A stretch of DNA of 64,000 nt, from the NCBI GenBank assembly GCA_034669905.1, contig JAXMOL010000005.1, positions 96,001 through 160,000 of the forward strand, in the 5' to 3' direction. Position numbers and translations under genes: made by a program. A model generated the notes under the pieces. The model saw only the letters and a list, made by a program, of their open reading frames with translations, did not search any database and was not told the DNA's origin. Shown here piece after piece: positions 58,785-64,000 of this stretch. This stretch comes from Candidatus Hydrogenedentota bacterium. Lineage in GTDB: Bacteria > Hydrogenedentota > Hydrogenedentia > Hydrogenedentales > JAEUWI01. Each line of letters starts with the position of its first letter. The stretch's first letter is position 1.

Positions 58785-58986
58785 AGGATCGCGGACATTC
58801 CTGTCCGCGGCAAGGCGCACGCAGATCGGAAAGCACGCGTCGGATATGTGATTGCAGGCGAAGAGCGGAAGTCCCATCGCTGGTAACAGCGGATCACTCG
58901 ATACGCCCCCACCACCGTTTGGCATCGGAACGGGCGCTGCCGCGGACAGGTCGAAGACGCGCCGTGGCGGGAATGTCCGCGATCCT
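58785..58986. repeat. REP-like inverted pair (GCGGACATTCCTGTCCGC type)
   Basis: AGGATCGCGGACATTCCTGTCCGCG ... GCGGGAATGTCCGCGATCCT. Confidence 0.7.
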
Positions 58987-59021
58987 TCTCCAGCCCGCTC
59001 CCTTTCTCTTCTACATGACCA

Positions 59022-59357
59022 TCACCCATGGTTCCCCTCCCCGAGGGCGGTGATCATCTTGTGGAAACCCGCCCAATCTTCGGTGCCTGTGGCGAGGGCA
59101 CCGCGCCCCGTTGCCGTGATGTAGTAGTACTTCCGCTTGCGGCCCGTGTCCGCCTCCTGCCACTGGGTGCGGACCAACCCCTCTTTCTCCAGCTTGTGGA
59201 GGATGGGATAGACCGTGCCCTCCTGCCAGACGAAGAGCCCCTCCCCCTCCTGATTAATGGCCCGTATGATGGCGTAGCCATAGTTGGCTTCCCGCGCGAG
59301 GACGGAGAGAATGAGCAGCCGAGTGCTCGCTCCAATAAGTTCTTTGTTGGGTGACAT
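59022..59357 (-). CDS. PadR family transcriptional regulator
   Basis: YGYAII, EGTVYPILHKLE, RKYYYITATG; AAGGAGG RBS. Confidence 0.92.
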   Translation of the reverse strand: MSPNKELIGASTRLLILSVLAREANYGYAIIRAINQEGEGLFVWQEGTVYPILHKLEKEGLVRTQWQEADTGRKRKYYYITATGRGALATGTEDWAGFHKMITALGEGNHG

Positions 59358-59380
59358 GCTGTGCCTCCTTGTTGAAAGGC

Positions 59381-59409
59381 AATATACCTTGAACTTCAAA
59401 GTATGTCAA
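59381..59409 (-). promoter_or_regulatory. Sigma-70 promoter with a palindromic operator (likely PadR)
   Basis: TTGACA-N17-TATATT; ATACCTTGAA-C-TTCAAAGTAT at 59384-59404. Confidence 0.7.
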
Positions 59410-59475
59410 GAAAAAGATGTGGCGTTCTCCCAAGTCCCGTGCCGGCGGGCCGCCAGCGCTCCATAGTCCCCACCC

Positions 59476-59504
59476 AAAAAAAAAGCGCTGCCCGAAGGCA
59501 GCGC
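59476..59504 (-). terminator. Rho-independent terminator of nrdR
   Basis: GCGCTGCC-TTCG-GGCAGCGC followed by T9 on the minus strand. Confidence 0.85.
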
Positions 59505-59532
59505 CAAAAAACTATGCTATATAACCCATCCC

Positions 59533-59982
59533 CTACGTCAACATGCTCTTCAATTCGCCCATGAACTCATTGAGGTCCTTGAACTGGCGATAGACCGACG
59601 CAAAGCGCACATAAGCCACTTCGTCGAGCTGTTTGAGTTTAGTCATAACGGCTTCGCCCACGGCGACGGTATTCACTTCGTGCTCGGTGGAGTTGAAGAG
59701 CTCCCGCTCGACTTCGTCGATGAGGGCGTCTACCTGTTCGAGACCAATAGGACGCTTTTCCACCGCCTTCAGGATGCCGCTCTTCAGCTTCCAGCGATCA
59801 AAGTTTTCGCGGCGCCCATCCTTCTTGATGACCATCTGGGCCACTTCTTCGATACGTTCGTAGGTCGTAAAGCGCCGTCCACATTTCATACATTCGCGAC
59901 GACGGCGGATAGCATCACCTTCTTTTGACGAGCGGGAATCCACGACGCGACCGTTGGTATCGTTACAAAAAGGACAACGCAT
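59533..59982 (-). CDS. nrdR: Transcriptional repressor NrdR
   Basis: [24 protein letters not shown] cone, YVRFASVY. Confidence 0.96.
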   Translation of the reverse strand: MRCPFCNDTNGRVVDSRSSKEGDAIRRRRECMKCGRRFTTYERIEEVAQMVIKKDGRRENFDRWKLKSGILKAVEKRPIGLEQVDALIDEVERELFNSTEHEVNTVAVGEAVMTKLKQLDEVAYVRFASVYRQFKDLNEFMGELKSMLT

Positions 59983-60067
59983 TGTTGCTCAAGCACCTCT
60001 ATTTTGGTAGCCAATCGGCGTCTTATTAAATGGACTCAACCCGATAACCTCGCTTGAGGTCTCTCCA

Positions 60068-60119
60068 CATCCACATATTGTATGGCTATGAGCCTAACAA
60101 ATACCATATACGGTGTCAA
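60068..60119 (-). promoter_or_regulatory. nrdR promoter with two NrdR-box-like sites
   Basis: TTGACA-N17-TAGGCT; CATCCACATATTGTAT (60068) and ATACCATATACGGTGT (60101). Confidence 0.55.
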
Positions 60120-60652
60120 GCGTAAAAGGACAGGGTCGTCTTCCCATAGCGGCGTTCACGCACCCGCTCGAGTCCCCCCGCACGCTCTGGAAGGTCCTGT
60201 TTCGACGCGTGCTCGAGGACGACACGCCCCCCCTCCGCCAGGAGCCCGGCGCCGTCGATGGCCACCAGCAGGGCTTCGTAATCCGTAAAGTTATAGGGCG
60301 GATCCGCAAAAATCACGTCATAGGTGCCCCCGATACGTCCAATTTCCTCGGGTAGACGATTGCGCGTGAGCTGCCCTTTGTCTTCCAAGCGGGTAGACGC
60401 CAGGTTCTTACGAATACACGCCTGGGATTCCGGGTGATTATCGACAAAAACAGCCCGCGCTGCCCCCCGGCTGAGTGCTTCGATACCATTGGCCCCACTG
60501 CCCGCAAAGAGGTCGAGAAAGGCCGCGCCGGGCAAGTCTGGCCCGATGATGTTAAAGAGGGCCTCGCGGACCCGGTCGAGGGTCGGGCGCACCCGATCGC
60601 CATCGGGCGGAACCAGCTTGAGACCTCGGGCACTTCCAGCTACAACACGCAT
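60116..60652 (-). CDS. rsmD: 16S rRNA m2G966 methyltransferase
   Basis: RPTLDRVREALFN, LDLFAGSG, EALSRGA, DPPY. Confidence 0.93.
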   Translation of the reverse strand: MRVVAGSARGLKLVPPDGDRVRPTLDRVREALFNIIGPDLPGAAFLDLFAGSGANGIEALSRGAARAVFVDNHPESQACIRKNLASTRLEDKGQLTRNRLPEEIGRIGGTYDVIFADPPYNFTDYEALLVAIDGAGLLAEGGRVVLEHASKQDLPERAGGLERVRERRYGKTTLSFYA

Positions 60653-60689
60653 TGGGTTAACTCCTGCTGTTCGACGGTGAATTCGACGC

Positions 60690-60980
60690 TACCCGAAAAT
60701 TGTGAAGAATTAGGGATAGCGGACCTTGTCATGCTCATACTTTCGTAATACAGCCCGTAAATGATGGTGGATTGTCCGTGCCCACACCACGTCGGCGTGC
60801 TTTCGTACCACAACATCCGTCACAAAGCAAACTCCACAACCTTTTCCCCTTCAACATGTTACAGATCGTACAACCCGTTGTCTGCACAATCTCCACACCG
60901 ATTTCGGCAGTGGATAACATGTGGATAAGTGCTTCGTTCTCCGGCATATTTTACACAATATTATTATTTTTTACACCAAG
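60690..60980. promoter_or_regulatory. DnaA-box cluster (candidate oriC or datA-like site)
   Basis: TGTGGATAA 60920-60928, AGTGGATAA 60909-60917, TTTTACACA 60949-60957, weaker boxes and an AT-rich tract. Confidence 0.45.
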
Positions 60981-61085
60981 AGCAATCCATACTGGCCCTG
61001 CCCCACCGGCAGCCCACCCCAAAAGGGACGTGCCCTTCCGGAATCAATCCAGAAGGGCACGAATCACAGCAAAGGGATTGATGGC

Positions 61086-62312
61086 CTATTGACCAAAGAA
61101 ACCCGCACGATTCCGCACGCGCAGGCGGAGACCGTTCAAGTTAATGAAGCCCGTGGCGTCCATCTGGTTGTACGCACCCTCGTCTTCTTCAAAGGTGGTA
61201 ATCTTCTCGTCGTAGAGGGACTTCTCCGCACGGCGACCGACAAGATCACAATTGCCTTTGTAGAGACGTACCCGGGCGGTACCGGTGACGTTTTCCTGGC
61301 TCTTATCGACATAGGACATCATGGCTTCAAACTCCGGCGCAAACCAGAATCCATTATAGATGAGCTGGGCGATCTTGGGCGAAAGCTGGTCACGCTGCAA
61401 CATGACTTCCCGGTCCATGGTGAGCGACTCGACGCCACGGTGGGCCGTGTAGAGTATGGTGCCACCGGGGGTTTCGTAGATACCGCGGGACTTCATGCCC
61501 ACAAAACGGTTTTCCACGATGTCGACGCGGCCCACGCCATTTTCACCGCCAAGACGATTTAACTCGGCGAGCAGGTCTTCCGGCTCCATGCGCTTGCCGT
61601 TGACAGCAACGGGCGTCCCCTCTTCGAAGTCGATTTCCACGTAGGTCGGCTCATCAGGGGCCTTGCGGGGGTCCGTGGTGAGCACAAACATGTCTTCGTG
61701 GGGCTCGTTCCAGGGATCTTCCAATACACCGCCCTCGAAGGAAATGTGCAGCAGGTTGCGGTCCATGGAATAGGGAGATTTTTCCCGCTTGGAATGGGGC
61801 ACATCGATACCGTGCTTTTCAGCAAAGGCAATCATCTTTTCCCGGCTGGTGAGATCCCACTTCGGGTCCCGCCAGGGGGCCATGATTTTCACATTGGGCT
61901 CCAGGGCCAGGCAGGACAGCTCAAAGCGCACCTGGTCATTGCCTTTACCGGTGGCACCGTGTCCCACCGCATCGGCACCCGTTTCCCGAAGGATACGAAT
62001 CTGCTCTTTGGCGATGACAGGTCGTGCCACGCTGGTGCCGAGGAGGTAGGTTCCCTCATAGATTGCGTTGGCGCGCATGGCGGGAAAAACGTAGTCGCGA
62101 ACGAATTCACGGCGAAGGTCACTGACGAACACTTCGCAGGCACCGGTGGCTTCCGCCTTAATCCGCGCGGGCTCCGTCTCTTCCCCCTGGCCCACGTCGG
62201 CGATATAGGCCACCACGTCGGCTTTGTAGGTTTCCTGGAGCCATTTCAAAATAATCGACGTATCGAGCCCACCGGAGTAGGCCAATACAATCTTGTTCAC
62301 GTCTTTACCCAT
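61086..62312 (-). CDS. argG: Argininosuccinate synthase
   Basis: [33 protein letters not shown]. Confidence 0.96.
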   Translation of the reverse strand: MGKDVNKIVLAYSGGLDTSIILKWLQETYKADVVAYIADVGQGEETEPARIKAEATGACEVFVSDLRREFVRDYVFPAMRANAIYEGTYLLGTSVARPVIAKEQIRILRETGADAVGHGATGKGNDQVRFELSCLALEPNVKIMAPWRDPKWDLTSREKMIAFAEKHGIDVPHSKREKSPYSMDRNLLHISFEGGVLEDPWNEPHEDMFVLTTDPRKAPDEPTYVEIDFEEGTPVAVNGKRMEPEDLLAELNRLGGENGVGRVDIVENRFVGMKSRGIYETPGGTILYTAHRGVESLTMDREVMLQRDQLSPKIAQLIYNGFWFAPEFEAMMSYVDKSQENVTGTARVRLYKGNCDLVGRRAEKSLYDEKITTFEEDEGAYNQMDATGFINLNGLRLRVRNRAGFFGQ

Positions 62313-62361
62313 GGTCTTCAATCCTTCTTAAGTGACAAGCAACCAACCACGTTGATCGGGG

Positions 62362-63267
62362 TTATTTCATGAGGGTGGCCATAACGGCCTTCTGGGCATG
62401 GAGGCGATTCTCGGCCTGGTCGAACACGATAGACGCGGGCGAATCCATGACGGAATCGGTAACTTCACTCCCCCGGTGTGCGGGGAGACAGTGCATAAAG
62501 AGGGCGTCGCTCTTGGCCTTGGCCATGAGGGCATCATTCACCTGGTAGGCGGCAAAGGCCCGCTCACGCTCTACCGTTTCCTTTTCCTGCCCCATGCTTG
62601 CCCATACATCGGTGTAGACAGCATCGGCATTCTTGACACCGGCCGTGACATCGTGGGTCACTTCGATGGTCCCCGCGGCCGTCTTACGGGCCTCTTCCAC
62701 CAGCTCCATATCCGGGTCATAGCCTTCCGGACATACCAGGGTAAGGTTCACCGGCACCTTGGCCGCGAAATGGGCCCAGGAATGGAACACGTTGTTGCCG
62801 TCTCCCACGAAAGCCAACTTCACGTTAGAAAGGTCCGCGCCCCGATGGTTGCGCAGTGCCTGGGCGTCCGCCAGAATCTGACAGGGGTGCAGCAGGTCGG
62901 TCAGGGCATTAATTACGGGTACCGTGGCATATTCCGCCAGTTCCAGCACGTCGGTGTGGCGAAAAGTCCGCGCCATAATGCCATCGACCCAGCGGGTCAG
63001 ATTGCGCGCCACATCGGGCACCGACTCCCGGGCACCCAGGGTCGTCTCGATCAACACCGAATCCCCACCGAGTTGAAACATGCCGGTGTGAAAGGTCACG
63101 CGGGTTCGCAGGCTGGGCTTCTCAAAAATCATCGCGAGGGTCTTGCCCTCCAGGATCCGATGGGGCGTGCGATTCCGCTGCTTGGTCTTGAGTTCGTCCG
63201 CCAGTTCGAGAAAGGCGATGATCTCTTCGCCACTGAAGTCTGCGAGGGAAATAAAGTCTTTTACCAT
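62362..63267 (-). CDS. argF: Ornithine carbamoyltransferase
   Basis: FEKPSLRTR, HPCQ, DVWASMG, HCLP. Confidence 0.95.
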   Translation of the reverse strand: MVKDFISLADFSGEEIIAFLELADELKTKQRNRTPHRILEGKTLAMIFEKPSLRTRVTFHTGMFQLGGDSVLIETTLGARESVPDVARNLTRWVDGIMARTFRHTDVLELAEYATVPVINALTDLLHPCQILADAQALRNHRGADLSNVKLAFVGDGNNVFHSWAHFAAKVPVNLTLVCPEGYDPDMELVEEARKTAAGTIEVTHDVTAGVKNADAVYTDVWASMGQEKETVERERAFAAYQVNDALMAKAKSDALFMHCLPAHRGSEVTDSVMDSPASIVFDQAENRLHAQKAVMATLMK

Positions 63268-64000
63268 TTCAATGCTCCGAGGGAGGCCTTCAAAAGGGAG
63301 ATCACCCGGTCGATATGCGATTCTTCTACAATAAGGGGCGGCAGAAAACGGAGTACCTGGGGACCCGCCGGTCCACAAATGACGCCCGATTCAATCAGCG
63401 TCTTCACCAGGGGGGCGACGGGCTGGTTGAATTCAATGCCTACCATCAACCCTTTTCCGCGCACTTCCACGACGGCGTCGCAGGAAGCGGCCACTTCCGC
63501 CAATTTGGCGAAAAGATACGTGCTCCGCTCCTGAGCTGCTTCCAGAAAACCCGGAGCCGTCAGGGCATTGATGGTGGCCACGGCGGCCGCGGCGCTCAAC
63601 GGATTGCCACCAAAGGTGCAGGCATGGGAACCCACATCGAAGCCCGTCGCTACGGAATCCGTGCACCCCATGGCGCCGATAGGCACCCCGTTCCCGAGCC
63701 CTTTGGCCAGGGTCATGATGTCGGGGGTAATCCCATAGCCCTGGTGGGCAAAGAGGGGGCCCGTACGACCGAGACCCGTCTGCACTTCATCAAGAATGAG
63801 CAGGACCTTCTTGTCATCACAGAGCTGGCGTACCTGTTTCCAGTAGGCTTCATCCGGGACGCGCACGCCCCCTTCGCCTTGAATGGGCTCCAGGAGGACC
63901 GCACCCACTTCCGGCGTAATAGCCGCTTCCAGGGCTGCAAGGTCGTTGTAGGGCACATAGGAGAAGCCGGGGACCAGCGGCTGAAAGCCATCGTGGTACT
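63261..64000 (-). CDS. argD: Acetylornithine aminotransferase (5' partial)
   Basis: EPIQGEGG, DEVQTG, LAKGLG, TFGGNP; lies directly upstream of argF. Confidence 0.9.
   Translation of the reverse strand, partial: YHDGFQPLVPGFSYVPYNDLAALEAAITPEVGAVLLEPIQGEGGVRVPDEAYWKQVRQLCDDKKVLLILDEVQTGLGRTGPLFAHQGYGITPDIMTLAKGLGNGVPIGAMGCTDSVATGFDVGSHACTFGGNPLSAAAAVATINALTAPGFLEAAQERSTYLFAKLAEVAASCDAVVEVRGKGLMVGIEFNQPVAPLVKTLIESGVICGPAGPQVLRFLPPLIVEESHIDRVISLLKASLGALKW

Noticed and set aside
58697..59029. 110-aa ORF overlapping the padR stop and the next start
   Set aside because: It runs through REP palindromes and has no recognisable motif. It is probably a by-product, although the coupling at both ends is curious.
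60653..64000. GC-skew switch supporting oriC
   Set aside because: Spot counts by eye were inconsistent, so this needs computation.

Overview
A GC-rich bacterial chromosomal window with about 55 genes and no recognisable rRNA, tRNA, CRISPR array, phage or transposase. The protein families present (DUF1559/H-X9-DG-CTERM, ECF sigma factors with C-terminal extensions, PQQ-type propellers, DUF1080, DUF4838, GxxExxY) suggest Candidatus Hydrogenedentes or a PVC-like lineage; this is inference. The left 40 kb is accessory. It holds (i) four paralogues of a secreted discoidin/F5-8C-like domain, one fused through a TM helix to an ECF sigma factor; (ii) a small sugar-catabolism operon; (iii) a Cys-motif-rich cluster of PQQ propellers, an ABC exporter, ThiF and HesA-like enzymes and a tandem-domain ModA; (iv) a ~270-bp structured tandem repeat array; (v) an opposite-strand acylase plus ECF/anti-sigma-DUF1559 cassette separating modA from modBC. 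The right 24 kb is mostly housekeeping (psd-pssA, rpmE-prfA-prmC-radC, leuA, bcp, nrdR, rsmD, argD-argF-argG). It also has a PadR cassette and a DnaA-box cluster. All family calls come from motif recognition by eye; no searches were run.
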